Source: Camelus dromedarius (taxonomy: Eukaryota). From it: a stretch of DNA of 64,000 nucleotides. Shown piece by piece: positions 50,971 to 64,000 of this stretch. Every line of letters begins with the position of its first letter. Position 1 is the stretch's first letter. Both the position numbers and the translations under genes were made by a program. The DNA lies in the NCBI RefSeq assembly GCF_036321535.1, contig NC_087437.1:112532001-112596000 (forward strand), in the 5' to 3' direction. The notes under the pieces were generated by a model that had not been told where the DNA came from, made no database searches, and saw only the letters and a program-made list of their open reading frames with translations.

Positions 50971-53900
50971 GTGAGGAGCGGGCTGGACCGCGGCGGCCTG
51001 GACCCGGGAGGCGGCGGGGGCGGGGGTCGGCGCGATGGCTGCCCGGGGCGCCCGTCCCGCGGTCGGGTGCGCGTCCCTCTGGGCGCCCTTCACCCTTTGC
51101 CGCGCTCCCGGGAGGCGCGGCACTCGCTGCCCCTACGCCTTGTCCTTCCCATCCTACCGGAGGCGGCGGTGGGGCGGCCGGCTGGCGGGCGCCGGGAGGC
51201 CGGGGCTCCGCGGCAGACCGAGGGGGTGGCGGCCGCGGGATGGACTTCGGATTGAATGGGCGTCCGCAGCCCTGGCCGACGGAGCGGGGTCTCTCCAGGA
51301 AGGAGACCCCATGGGGCCAGGGGGTGGTTGGGCTTTCCAGGGCTGACCTCGCTGCCCTCGGCCGCCTGAGCGTGGCGGGCCGGCCAAGCCTCGCCTCCCC
51401 GGCAGCCTCCCGGGGAACCGGAGCTCGCAGGGAGCGGCGTCGCGCCTCCAGCCTCTCTCCCCCAGCCTCGAGTCCCCGGCTCATCCCTTTTTTTCTCTCT
51501 CGCGTGCCTGCAAAATCCCTGTCAGTGAAGGGCAGTCAATGCCGTTTGGCCCTGAGTCCTCCTGCCGGGTCTGACTCTGATGGCATTTAACAGAGAGCGG
51601 CTCTGCTTTAAGTGGGAGCGTGTCCCCGGTGCCTGCCGCTTCCCTTTCCCCTCTTTACGCACAGACACGGTTTCATGGTGTGGACCGAAGGTACAATTGC
51701 GGGCTCTTGCTTCAACAAGGAGATGTAATCAGAATCCCCAGGAAAAGGAAACCAACGAGGAATGGATTGCGCCTTCCTTTACTTCTTGTTTGCCTTTGGA
51801 TTAGAAAGCAACTTCGTAGATTACATTTCCTATGGGCATCTTTTGTTGTGATTCAGACTAAAGGCTTTGCTTTTGAAGAAATAAATTAGCAGCTTCTGTG
51901 TTGAGTTGGAGGCTATGGAGATTTTTGATAGCCTCTTAATATGAAAGTTTCCTTTAGAACTTTGCCGTCATCAGTGTTATTCTGAAGGCAGCACCAGCCT
52001 GAAATTTTAAATATCTGCAGACTCCGGACAGACGCGTTTCTTTGTGTTTATCTGCTGGCATCCTGCTCTTAATATTTGCGTAGTCAAGAAGTACAGATAA
52101 TAAAAACAAGTACAATAAAAAATACCATACCAAAAAAAATGCGTATGGAAAGTTCCAATTCTGTCAACGGGAGGCAGTTTTTACTAATCCCTTTGAAAGG
52201 ATGAAGACCATGCTCAGAGATCTCATGGATTATGTAGTGGACAGGATCTAAGGGCAGGAACTGGGGCCATGGATCCAGCAGGCCAGCTGGTTTATGCAGT
52301 GTTACTCCTAACCTCTGAAATAGAAGGAATTTGTTGGGATACCTTTATTTTTAGATGATTTAAGGTGTAGAAGATTAAGCACTCCTCAGAGTTACGATTC
52401 TCCCTATCTCTTGAGAACAAAATACTGTGTTTTTGTTTTAAATTTTTAAATAGTTAACCTGAAACATTTATGATGTTTTAATGTTTGGTTATAACTAAAG
52501 AAAAAATATTTTTAAAATACTGAATTCATGCTGTAGGAGGTTTGTAAAGACCTTAGAAACTTTAAGAAATCTAAACTGAGAAATGAGGGACACTAATTTT
52601 GGGATAGTTTAAAAACGATTTTAAAAACTTCTTGAAGGAGCATTTCTGATAGAATTTTTTTAAGGTTATTTCTTTAAATAAGAATGTATCTATTGAAATT
52701 TCTGAGGCACATGATACCTTCACAACTCTATTACTATTCCGCCTGAGTAAGAGAGGAAATGAACACATTTTTGATGTACTTTGGAACCCCGTGGATTGTT
52801 CAGATTCTAAGCATTGTGAAATAGGGCATAAAATGAGTGGTAGCAAGTTAGTTCTGCGAAATGTTTGTCCTTCTTGGCATTTTCTGCAATTGACTAGCAA
52901 TTTCCTTTTTCTTAATGTTTATCTCTAATATTGGTAGTAAAACTCTGCTTAAGTTCATCTTTTCCCTAAATAACTAGATTGAGGCAAACTCAAATCTCCT
53001 ATAAGGAGGTTAAGGAGGAGGTGCTGGTAAATCCCTTTACTCTTATGCAGCTTTTTAGTTTGCTAGATTCGTGAATTATAGGGAATTTATTACAGAACTG
53101 TTGGGTTTATATTACTCAGTTCACATTCCGCTGCTGTAGAGCTTTTCTCTTCTGAATGGTTCCACTTACTGGTGGGTTTCTCGAAGTCTGGACCTCAGCT
53201 CACTTATATCAGCATTAACTGAGGTTCTTGTTAAAAATACAGGGCTTTGTCACATCACTTCAGAATCAGACTTCTGGAATCTGATTTCCTGCAAGTTCTC
53301 CAGGAATTTTTCTTGCACAGTAAAGTTGGAGAACCACTGGCATTGTGCTTCCTTCTCTCTGAGCATGTCCTAAGACCATCTCCTGAAGAGGAGAGCAAGT
53401 TTTTCAAGTGACAGAATTAGTTTTATCCCTTAGTCTGCTGATAAAAAAACTGACTATGACCTTTGGATATGTAATGCCAACATTATATAATAAACATTTC
53501 AGAAGGGCAGAGACTTTGGTTCATCATTGTACCCCCAGTGCCTAGAATAGTGCCTGGAAGAACTCAGTGAAATATTTATGAGCGAATTAAATCACAGTGA
53601 GGCCACGTCTTTAAACCTTTACTTGTAAAATTAATCTTATCACTGATTTTATAAAGTAGGAGCCACAAGTGCTATACTCCAGTCATTTCTGTAAGTTTGG
53701 TTGGCTCTGAAAGGAGAGAACCTTTCCCAGGTGTAGAATGCTCCAAGTGATAAGCTGGAAAGAAGGCTCCTAGCAAAATGTTTGCTTAGACTCAAAATGT
53801 AAATTTAAGGCACGGGGTAGTGGTAAATGACTATGTTATCTCCATATCAAAATGTCATTCTATAAGTTGTGATAAGCCCAACATAATGCAATAAAAATTG

Positions 53901-55838
53901 GTTTCCAAAAAATATAGAAAATTGGTATGTTTTCCAATTTCATTTTTCATACTAGTAATATGACCTTCACTCCTTTCTTTCAGAGTCCAGCATAGGCCCC
54001 ATAAATAACAATTTCTGGTTTATATTTGAGGATATGGTTAGTTAAGAGCACAATCTCTAGAGAATATTGGGTTTGACCACACATAGTCTGTGACTTTGAT
54101 CTAGTCACCTAACCTCTCAGTACCTCAGTTTTTTCAACTGAAACTGGGAATAGTTACAGTAGAATTTAATGCTTTTAAGTGCTTGCATAAGTTCTTGAGA
54201 CATGTTCATTTAATAAGTGATAGTTAAGATGATAAAAAAATTGGGGTATATGAAAATATATAAAACTCTAGCTAGTCCATTCAGTTTTTGTACTACTGCA
54301 CTTCATGGTAGTAGAAATCCACTGCTTAAAAAAAGAAGTCTCTTGCTAATTTCTTGATACTAATATGTATAATTTTAAAATTATTATAATAACCAGATTA
54401 AACATTAGAAGTATTTAGTGAAACATCAAGTTTGATGTAAATGTGTTTTTCTACATGAAGATAAATCTTGTCATCACTGTCAGCTTCATAGTATTATTTC
54501 AGAACCAAACTGGTAATCAGTTTATGTTAATCAGGTGTTACCCCTTGCATTTTAAAGAATTGTGTTTACGGTAAAACAATTGACCTGTGCATTTTTTTTC
54601 TTAACATCATGAATCTTTTCATGTCTGTATGAAGTCAGTTACAATAGTAACCAAATAATACTTCATTTGATGAATCTGTGATGATTTAACCAGTTTATTT
54701 CTACTAGACATGTTTATTTCTTTTCCCCATCACTATTATCAATAACTCTGCAATGACAGTCCTACATACATCTCTGTAAATACTTGCGAGGTTATTTATT
54801 TTTTTTCCTTAGGACACATTTCTAGAGGTGTGATTGCGGGGTCAAAGTACATACTAAGGTTTAAGGGTTTTGATACATATTTCCAGTTTGTCAGTAAGGT
54901 TGTAGCAGTTTACACTCTTGACATGGTGTATGAGAGTTCCCTTTCCCTCTCCCCTCCTTTTTTTTGGGAACGACTTAACCAGAGATAAACTTAGTGAATT
55001 GTTTTTAGGGAGAAGAATGGGATGTTATTGTGACCTGTTTGGTGGTGTGATATGGAAAGTCGGAAAATTCATACACCCATAATAAAATGATGGCTAACCT
55101 TTATCAAGTCCATTTACAGAATTTCATAAGCGTTAACTCACTTAATCTTCACAAAACTCTGTTTTTTTTTGTTTTTTTTTTTGTTTTTTTTAAGATGAAT
55201 GTGCCTTGGAAACCGAGGTACCAGCTGGTTAGCAATTTAGAGAACCAGCAAGTGGTCGTGCAGATTTGTTACTTAGAGCCCAGACTTGCAGCCACAGGGC
55301 TGGACTGCCTAGTTCTTGGACATGTTTTACCTTTTAGGTAAAATGGCTTCCTTTTACTTTCCTGATTTCTGTTTTGGAGTAACCTAGCAGTTCCCCAGCG
55401 TGTATTAATTTATGAATTAGATGGGGCACAGATTTGAATCCCTCTCATTGAGGAGTTAGTTGCATTCATTAGATCACAAATAAGCCTCATGTACTGTTTA
55501 GCGTTCACCTCTCAAAGCAGCGTGGTACCCTTTACTCTGTGGTGGTTTTCCTAAAGTGCCCCTGCATGAGAGACAGGATTAAAGTTGCAGAGAAGACTAG
55601 TGAAATTTGAAAAGGCAGTTTACTTGTGGTGTGGACTTGCCTTGGAAACACAAGACAACATACAGAAGTCTGATCCAGGAGACAGCCGGGAATCTTTCCA
55701 AACATTTCCACGTTGGCCAGTTTGGAGATTTGAAGCGGCCGGTGGGAGTTCACTTCAGGAATGCAAAAGCTTTACTGTAGAGAGATGTCACTGACCCACT
55801 GGGAGATCCTTTTAAAAAAGCCCTTCTATTAATAAATG

Positions 55839-55965
55839 TGGGGGGAAGGGTATAGCTCAGTGGTAGAGCACATGCTTTGCTTGCACAAGGTCCTGGGTAC
55901 AATCCCCAGTACCTCCTCTAAAAATAAATAAATAAATGAACCTAATTACTTCCCCCACCAAAAAA
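55839..55965 (+). mobile_element. tRNA-derived SINE (Vic-1-like)
   Basis: gggtatagctcagtggtagagc...aatccccagtacctcc...aacctaattac. Confidence 0.88.
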
Positions 55966-56681
55966 TCGAGTAGCACTAAAGCTTTGTTGCTAACATTTGT
56001 AGCCCCCAACAAGGTGAATTTCTAGCAAGTTAATCTGCTTGAATTTATCATTGCTCTTTTAACCTTTTTCTAGTAGAATTAATAATTGGCAGCTCACCTT
56101 ACTAGCTTATTGCCCAGAGAGAGCGCTAGTGAAATTGTTTTGGCTTCAGCTCTCTGGCCGGAGTTTGTGCTGCCCAGCGAGGTAGGACTGCCACGGCTCA
56201 GTTTTAAGCTGGTCACCAAAACCCATTCTCACTGTTGGGTAGCTTGGGGCTCCACCCAATTGGGGTGGGAATAGGTACTGAGGACACTATACTCCTCATC
56301 CAGTGGGAGAGGCAGAAAGTGAACTGAGGGATGTGATGGAGTTTTAGATTCAGCTGCATTTGAATGTGAAAATGACAAGGTCAGAGCAGTTGGTCAAACT
56401 TTTTTTTTTTAATTGTCCGTAGTTAAAATTAAATGTCCTCTCCTTAATGTACGAGGGCCAGGTTTTGATCCTCTGTGCTTTGGTGAACATTTTGACGTGT
56501 TCCTCTGTCAAGAACGATATTGTTCATCCCTGCATTTCATCTTCAAGTCCTTCTGGTGATTGGCAGATACAGCTCATGGAAATGGACCAAGCCAAGTGGC
56601 TTTTAGTGATCTTTCACCCACCTGGTTAAGGAGGATACTGATTCTTATGATAAAAGTTTGGAAATAAGATGCCACTGGAGC

Positions 56682-56691
<10 letters not shown>

Positions 56692-56717
<26 letters not shown>
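56692..56717 (+). repeat. (GT)n microsatellite
   Basis: Direct reading. Confidence 0.95.
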
Positions 56718-57727
56718 CTAATCACCTCTCTCTGAGGCAAATTCCCTGAGCAGTTTTATTCTACCCAGGGTAACGTGTTGTGTTATAAGCCATTGTATAG
56801 ACACACACATACCCCCATTCCTGTGCATTAGCTCCAATAAGAATGTTCGATGTAGCTTCAGTGTTTTATAAAAATCAATTCATTTCTGCTGTAATCTTAA
56901 GATAATAGATTTTAGAAGCAAGTAATCTTTCAGTTTCTGGAATCATTTGAAACTCAGCTACTCTACTTTTGCAGAATTGGAGTACTGCATTTTGGTCACT
57001 GACATAAAAGCTGTACAGCTAGTGATGAGAAAAACCTTGAAAAGTTGACCAAAAAAATTAGTGCCATTTTTGGTGTACATACCAAGTTTCAATGCGTAAA
57101 GGTCCCCCTCCCTTATTTCTCCTTTCTCCTTCACTTACGATAAATAATATTAAAGTCAGTAAATGATAAGCAGTTTATTATAGATAGTACTACGTATTTT
57201 CAGATGCCTTGAGATATAGTCATTACAATTGCTGTTTTAATATTCTTTAAATGATATGAGAACTTGAGGAGGAAGAGAACTTGGTAGAGGGGTTAACTGG
57301 GGTCTGAACTCCAGGAGGCACAAAATTTTGTCTGTGATGCTCACTGTCTTACCCTCCGGACCCAGAACAGTGTCTGGTACCCTCAGGACCTAAACCAGTG
57401 TGTGGTGCATGGTGGACACATAGCAGTTATGTGCTGGCATGGTGAATAGATTAGTGTTTGAGGCCCTGATTATCTAGAGGCCTGAGTCGCCCAAGTGAAA
57501 TGAGCAAGGGAGAGACAGGTGAGGCATAAGGGAGACAGGCTGGTTTGGATTTTATCCAGAGTCAGTGGAAGGAGGGAGCTAATGTAAGTTCTAAGCAGGA
57601 GAGTCCTGTGATTTGCTTTTGTTTAAATTGATCACTCTGAATCATGTGGGAGTGGATTGGAAGAGAGCAAGAGAGAAATGCTGAATTGACCAAACCTCAG
57701 TTACCTTCTTGCATTATTTCTTTTTAT

Positions 57728-57845
57728 GAGGGGGAGGTAATTAGGTTTTTTCATTGATTTCTGCTTGCAGGAGGTACTGAGGATTGAACCCCCAGCCTCT
57801 TGGGTGCTGAGCATGCGCTCTACCACTTAAGCTATACCCTTCCCC
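57728..57845 (-). mobile_element. tRNA-derived SINE (Vic-1-like)
   Basis: Same consensus, minus strand. Confidence 0.85.
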
Positions 57846-59719
57846 TGAAAGCTGACATTTCTACCTAGCCTTGTACTTTTTCTTTACCATGAGGGTAATC
57901 GATTTACTCTTTGAGGTCTGGGGGATAGGGTGAGATGAATGGTGATTTGCACAAACTTTTTAAAGTTCTCTGAGGAAGAGAAAACCCCATAAAACTACTA
58001 TTATTGTTTATCAAATAAAACAGTGTAAACTAAAGATCAAGACTTATTTAACTTTTAAATTTAATTCATTATTCATTAATTAACAATTTAATTCAGGTTA
58101 TGACTTTAGATTTCTGATAGGAGAGATTTTTCTGTTTACTTTTTTTGATGAAAGAAACTTTAAATATATGGATATGAATCCTTAAAATAGCTGTATTATG
58201 AACTGAGTGTCTATAGAAGCTATTCACTTTGAAGAAGATCTAGTTTGTAAAATGCAACTATTGTCTGTCCAATCTGTTGTTTTAATTAGTGTTGAAAGGA
58301 GGGAAATACTGCAGTAATTGTAACCTTACATTACTTCCTTAGTTCAATTAGTTTTAAACCATAGTCATTATCTGTTATCTTTAGCTGTTTTAACCTCATT
58401 AGATGAAGTGACATTGCAGTTGTGATTTGGTAATTTAAAAAATAACATGCTCTTTCTTACTACAAAAGCAATACATGATTATAGAAGAAAACTGCTGAAA
58501 ATACAGATAACGGAGTGAAAAAGCATACCCCGAATCTCACTGTCCAGAGTTAATGACCAGCCCTACCCTGTGAGGGGTCTGCTTGCTCAAATTACCTAGA
58601 AGGTTAGGTGTGTTCAGTCATGTTAGGGATTCTGGGTGCTGAAGATGATCCCATGGATGGGGCAGCCCAGGGCCAGTCAGCCTAGACATTTGTGGCCCTG
58701 GGAGGATGCATCTTGGTGTTACTACACCTTCCAGTTCTTCAAGAGAAGCTGGAAATCTAGAAATATGGATTTAACATGAAATCTCTGATATTTATGTGGG
58801 CCACAATTTTTATTAAGACACTAGGGTTCAAACAAAGCATACCTGAGGACTGAATTCAGTCTTTGTTGCCTTGACAGTTTATAACCTCAGGTATATAGAG
58901 TTTTGTAGCCTATGTTTTTCACTTAATATTTTGAAATATGGAATATATTTCCAAACCTTAAAGGCATGCTTCCTTGGCAGTGTGTACCTATTTTCTGTTT
59001 CCTTACCAGCACTGGGTAAAACCATCTCAAAAAATCTTAGCCAGTTTTATTTGCTTTTTTTTTGGTACTAGTGAGTTTGAACATTTATTAAATGTTTATT
59101 GGCCTTATACAGATTTACTTGGTAACCAGCCACCTTGCTAGAATTTTTAGTTCTTGGTCATTTAGTTAGTGCTTCTCAGCCTTTGTGGTATTACATAAAA
59201 TTTGTACTGCATTAGTCCTAGTAATTAGTACTAATGGCAGGCATTATCCCCGGAACCTGAGGGCATCAGTACCTTGAGCACACCTGTAACCCATGGTAAA
59301 GAACTAGTTTGGGAAGTTCTGAGTTCGGTCAGTGGTTCAGTGAATGTTTGAGCACATGCTCTGTGCCTGGCATTGCTTTAGGTGTCCAGCCTTGAACCAA
59401 GACAGAGGTCTCAGCTCTCCAAGAGCTTATGATTTTTTTCATTTCTCCTGAGTTTCTCATGTAGACCATCATATTTCTAAAAGACAATTTTAATTTCTAG
59501 AATTTATCATTTTTTAGCTTGTACTTCCTTATTGACATGAACTCCTAAAACAGTGGCAAATGCTAGTCAGCTTCTAATTTCTTAAATTTAGTTAATTCTC
59601 TTAAGTTCTGTTAAACTCTAGACTGTTAGCAAAAGTCTAAAATTGACTTTGGTGGCCAGTTCCTTTATTTTGATGATGAGAAAACCAGGGTACAACGCTG
59701 GGTCTGTGTACTGGGAACT

Positions 59720-60290
59720 TCTGGAGTGTCTGACTCAACACAAATCCCTCAAAAAACTATCCTCTAACCTGCACACCCACTCCCCAGTGCTTCTTCCTTC
59801 CCACAGAAGACACAGGATTGAACCAGATTTGAGGACCTGACCCAAGCTAGTCCAGTAATCAGGGTCGCTTTCCTGGAAATTTGACATTGGGCCCAAGAGA
59901 GAGGGCTTTGACCTTAATGTGTTCATGGGCCATAATGTAAACCTTGGAAGTTGTAGGCAGTGAGGTTCTGCTGCTGTGTCTGGGGACAGAGAAGGGTGGT
60001 TTGTGGCTGGAGAGACTAAGGCAAACATCCAGAAAGAAGCAGAAAGACAGAACACTACCTGAGACTCTGAAGACTTTAAACCTTCTCTTCCAGTCCTTTC
60101 TGGGTCTGGTTGCATCCTGATCTTGAGTTGTGTGTAGTCCTCCTATATATTCTTAAGATTACCGCTCCCCTACTCACCCCCCAACACACATTTTATTTGA
60201 AGCCAGATCAGGTTCTTTTACTCTGATCTAAGCCATATTCTTTTTATATTCTTTTTATAGTCCTACTTTGTCTCTTGTAATTCTTGACTG
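59720..60290. mobile_element. Probable MaLR (MLT1-like) LTR remnant
   Basis: Degenerate motifs (gacctgacccaagctagtccag; ttttatttgaagccag...gtctcttgtaa). Confidence 0.45.
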
Positions 60291-61375
60291 TCGTCTGAGG
60301 AAGTTGTGAATTAATTATTTTCTCCACATAACAACAACATCAGAAATTAAGGATAGCAACACAGAAGTGCATGGATTTAATCTAATGCGGGTAATCACAA
60401 TTTTATTGTAAAGGCCATTTTGCAAATGTGGATGCCGCCTCTGACCTCTCTTAAGCCAGGTCAGATCTCTAGCTGAGCGAGAACAGAAAGGAAGAGATTT
60501 TGAATTTACTTCCAAGTGGCCTAGAATTTCAGTGGATCTATTGCCCTTCACATACATACAACATTTTGATCTCATGAAAAAAATGACACTGCAACTGTGT
60601 AGGGCGTGAGTTTGAGGTCTGTTCCAGCATGTTCTTTTCAAGTTCTTAACTTTAATGTCTAAATATCAGGAAGTTGAATCACAGTGTAATTTATCTGGGG
60701 CTATCCTTATTCTTAGATTAGCTTTCTGTTTCATGGTGACGTTGTAAATACTCAGTGCGAAGTTTAAGTATTCCTCTATCCTAAAGGAGTTGGGTGGGGA
60801 GGAAAAAAAAGTGATATGAAGGGAAGGAAAGGGCTGTATTAGAAGCAAGTTCAGTGCTATCATTTTCCTTAGTCATAATTGTATTTGTCTGAACTTTTTC
60901 ATTTGCAAGTGGAAGAAGCACAAACTGTCTTGAGAGAAAAGAGAGATGTATTGACTCACGAAACTGTCTAGTCCAAGGGTTCTGATTGGCCTGGCTTGAT
61001 CACGTGCCTGAACCTGTCACCTGAACCATTCCCACCATTCCAGGGGAATGCAGGCCTCTCATTGCCTGTCCTGGGCCTTGGTTCACCTTTTGTACCAGTT
61101 GGTGAAGTTAGTAGTAGCTAGACTTCTGGAATGAGCAGAAGGAGGGAAAGTGGGGTCAACTATGAGAAGAAAGAATGCCAGGCAGGCCAAATGCATGCCT
61201 AACACACTCATCGTACACAGTGGTCATACAGGAAGGGGCTGATGGTGACCTTCTGTTTTCTTATAAATGATAGTCTTTAATAAAACAATACAAAGCCAGC
61301 AAAGCAACCCAAAGTATATATGAACTTTCTTCTCAATAAAGTTTACTTTTAAAATTTAAATGTTCATTTTATTTT

Positions 61376-61438
<63 letters not shown>

Positions 61439-61553
61439 TATTATTAGGGTTTGATTTACTTTTATTATTAATTAATTATTTAGTGGAGGTACTGGGCATT
61501 GAGCCCAGGACCTCGTGCATGATAAGCATCACTGAGCTATATACCCTCTCCCC
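61376..61553 (-). mobile_element. tRNA-derived SINE with expanded (TTTA)n tail
   Basis: SINE body 61480-61553; (TTTA)n 61376-61439. Confidence 0.85.
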
Positions 61554-62809
61554 TGTTTGTTCCTTTAAAAACAAAATATATTTTACTATCTTGTGATAGA
61601 ATGAAGTTTGGGATGCTCATCTGTAATCTGGCTTGATCACTAACTGTGGGCATTATATTGACTCTTTCTGTAACTGTAGATTTTCTCAGATTTTTTTTCC
61701 ATGCCTAAAGGTATGTTAGCATTCTCTCTTGGCTCATGTTTGGAGGCTTTTTAACTTACGATTCACCTGAAACTGCTGGAAAAACATGTGTGCTATGGAA
61801 AAGTTGGGACTAGAAAGGGATATCCTTTCTCTAGCCAGCTGCTTTTTAAAATTAGACTCCAGGAAAGATAGCAACTTGACCTTTTTCCAAAGGGCACGGG
61901 CTGATTTTTGAGAATAGTTTTGTTTTGTTTTGTTTTGTTCTAAGAGACCAATAGCATTAGGTGATGAGAACTTCCGGTATCTGGGAAAATGTCACACTTA
62001 TTTTTAAAATTATATTTCTGCAGTGTAATTTATTTCAGACGTTCTGATTACAATTCCCCTCAGAAATTCTATTTCCTGGGCTTTCTTCCTTTTATCTCAG
62101 ATTGTCAGTTTCATTTCCTTCCATGTACAGCTGGGACCTCAGATTGGGTCACATCACCTGTTTCCTTGCCCTCTTGTCTCTTCTGTCATTTCTGCCCCAC
62201 GGATTCCATCATTAGACCAGCACAGCTATCTGTGTTCTGTTTCCTGTATTTGTGCTGTTAAAAGCCAGTTGAAGAAAACCCTACGAACTTGTGGACTTCT
62301 GTCCTTACCCACTTAACTGTGTCCTTCTGTTTTTCTCTCCATTCCTCACAGACATTGTACCAAATTCGCCCCTTTCCTCAAGCCCCTCTGCTCCTCCCCA
62401 GAGGCCTTCACTCTCTCAGGAGCACTTCTGCCTCCTGTCTGGGCCTGCTGCCCTCTTCCCAGGGAGCTCTTGTAAATCTATCCGATTCACACTTACTCTT
62501 TGCTTCTTGAGATAAGAGGGAGGAGGAGGAGGTAGGTGTCTCCTTCCCTTCCCCTGTTCTGGCTGCTGTCCTCTTCTGTTTCCTCTGAGACTCTGATACT
62601 CCCCTGTGCTCACTCCCCTTATTCGTGCCGCAGCTGTATCCCGTTTGACTGCTGTCTGCAGGTGCGGTGGTAGGAGCGAGGAGCACAGTGGTGACAGGTT
62701 CATGTCTTCACTCTATTTATATCTCACTGGGACAGACATACATACCTTTCCTCCCCCAAGTCACAGAAATAAATGATTTCTAGCTGTTGTAAGTACTATA
62801 AAGAAAGCA

Positions 62810-63015
62810 TCCAACAGACATAGAAAACAAACTGTGGTTACCAAAGGGGAAAGGGGTGGGGAGGGAAGGAATAAACTAGGAGTTTGGGATTAGCATATAC
62901 ACACTACTATATATAAAATAGATAAACAACAAGGACCTACTGTATAGCACAGATTTCTATAATCAATATCTTACGATAACCTATAGTGGAGAAGAATCTG
63001 AAAAAGAATGTATAT

Positions 63016-63065
<50 letters not shown>

Positions 63066-63123
63066 AACAATCATTTTGCTGTACTCCTGAAACTGACACA
63101 ATGTTATAAATCAACTATACTTC

Positions 63124-63165
<42 letters not shown>
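62810..63165 (+). mobile_element. L1 3' end with internal (TG)n(TA)n and an (AAT)n tail
   Basis: acagacatagaaaacaaactgtggttaccaaaggggaa...tcaactatacttcaataa. Confidence 0.85.
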
Positions 63166-63166
<1 letters not shown>

Positions 63167-63179
63167 TGTCCAAGAGGAC

Positions 63180-64000
63180 CTAATCTAGTCTTAGAGTCCA
63201 GGGAAGATGTGACATTTACTTGGCATCTGAAGGATGTCTAGCAGTTCATCAGGAAAGGAAAGAAGTTTTTTGGCTGAGGGACCAGCACATGGGAGGGCTT
63301 GTGGCATCATGGGAGCACAGTATACTTGAGTAGAAGGCCACCATGGCTGCCCTGAGGATATTGGAGAGGGAGATAAGGCCAGCCCTCGCAGGGCCTTGTA
63401 GGCACATACAGAAGGGTTTGATGTCCATCTAAGAGCCCCAATCTGAATTATGCTTGGCTTTGTGTCTTCTGTGTCCCCATCCTCTGTTCCTTCCTTCACA
63501 CCCACTCAGGTTTGGCCCCCTTGACCTTGTACTATTGGCATCTCACGTCTTCCTCTAACAGCCATGTCTCTTGAAGAGTAGTCTGTAGGGTGCTTTGTTC
63601 CTGTTACCTGTTGCAGTCTGGTTCTGCCTCTGCTCCTCCATCGCTGATTTCCTGTGCACAATTTCCTATCAGTTTGTTGACCTTTCTGTGACATTCGACA
63701 CATTTTGCAGAAACAGTCTACTCCTTTGGCTTTCTCTGTCTTCTTGCCCTGTGTGTTCTCCCTTCTCTTACATCTAGGTCTTCTCAGTCTCCTTTGAAAA
63801 CTCCTTATCCTTAAACGTTTCTGTCCCTACGGGCTGTTCTTTCTACCCTGTTTTGACTCTACCCTGTCTTCCAGGACAGTCATCTCCACACTTAGTTTTA
63901 GCTGCCATGATTAAGTCCTGTTATCTGCCTGTCCATACCTGGAGCTCTATCCTTTCTTCTGAGTTCCAACCCTTTATCTGAGTGTCTGCTCGGTTCCTTG
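63180..64000. mobile_element. L2 LINE remnants
   Basis: Degenerate L2-like motifs (agggccttgtaggc; ctgagttccaac); by eye only. Confidence 0.45.

Larger units (their letters stand above)
49800..51520. promoter_or_regulatory. CpG island, bidirectional CRYZL1/ITSN1 promoter
   Basis: CpG-rich; ZNF143/THAP11-type ACTACACCTCCCGGCATGC 50115-50133; RFX-like GCCATAGCAAC 50094-50104 and CATGGCAAC ~50359-50367; ATTGG boxes ~50035, 50505, 50626; GC boxes. Confidence 0.85.

Noticed and set aside
49675..51889. Many ORFs (up to 309 aa) over the CRYZL1/ITSN1 promoter
   Set aside because: Low-complexity Arg/Pro/Gly/Ala translations on both strands, typical of GC-rich non-coding DNA, with no recognisable domain.
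55839..55920. tRNA-like sequences with A/B boxes, here and at eight other sites
   Set aside because: They are diverged copies with a shared non-tRNA tail and A-rich ends, so SINEs rather than tRNA genes.
50971..64000. Search for ITSN1 coding exons or another gene
   Set aside because: No EH-domain or other recognisable coding sequence; the content fits repeat-rich intron 1.

Overview
Mammalian genomic DNA, not prokaryotic. The tRNA-derived SINE family suggests a camelid, which is an inference. The window is syntenic with the human chr21 SON-DONSON-CRYZL1-ITSN1 cluster. It contains the 3' end of SON (+ strand, last six coding exons including the G-patch and dsRBD), complete DONSON (-, 10 coding exons, 1683 nt, 560 aa), and complete CRYZL1/FERRY4 (-, 12 coding exons, 1050 nt, 349 aa, plus a non-coding exon 1). 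A CpG-island bidirectional promoter leads into non-coding exon 1 and the start of intron 1 of ITSN1 (+). All exon boundaries were read from the sequence and phase-checked. I see no wholly new biological system. The most interesting structure is at the splicing level: (i) tandem duplications of the last-exon acceptor in both SON (truncated versus complete dsRBD) and CRYZL1 (second open terminal exon); (ii) two stop-introducing cassette exons just before the SON G-patch exon and a candidate one in CRYZL1; (iii) two U12-type introns; (iv) interleaved SON/DONSON polyA signals and no canonical CRYZL1 polyA signal before the DONSON promoter. There is also a probable L1 3' transduction and a solo ERV LTR with intact TSDs. 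Exon numbering follows my recollection of the human genes. Repeat family names are by eye and repeat boundaries are approximate.
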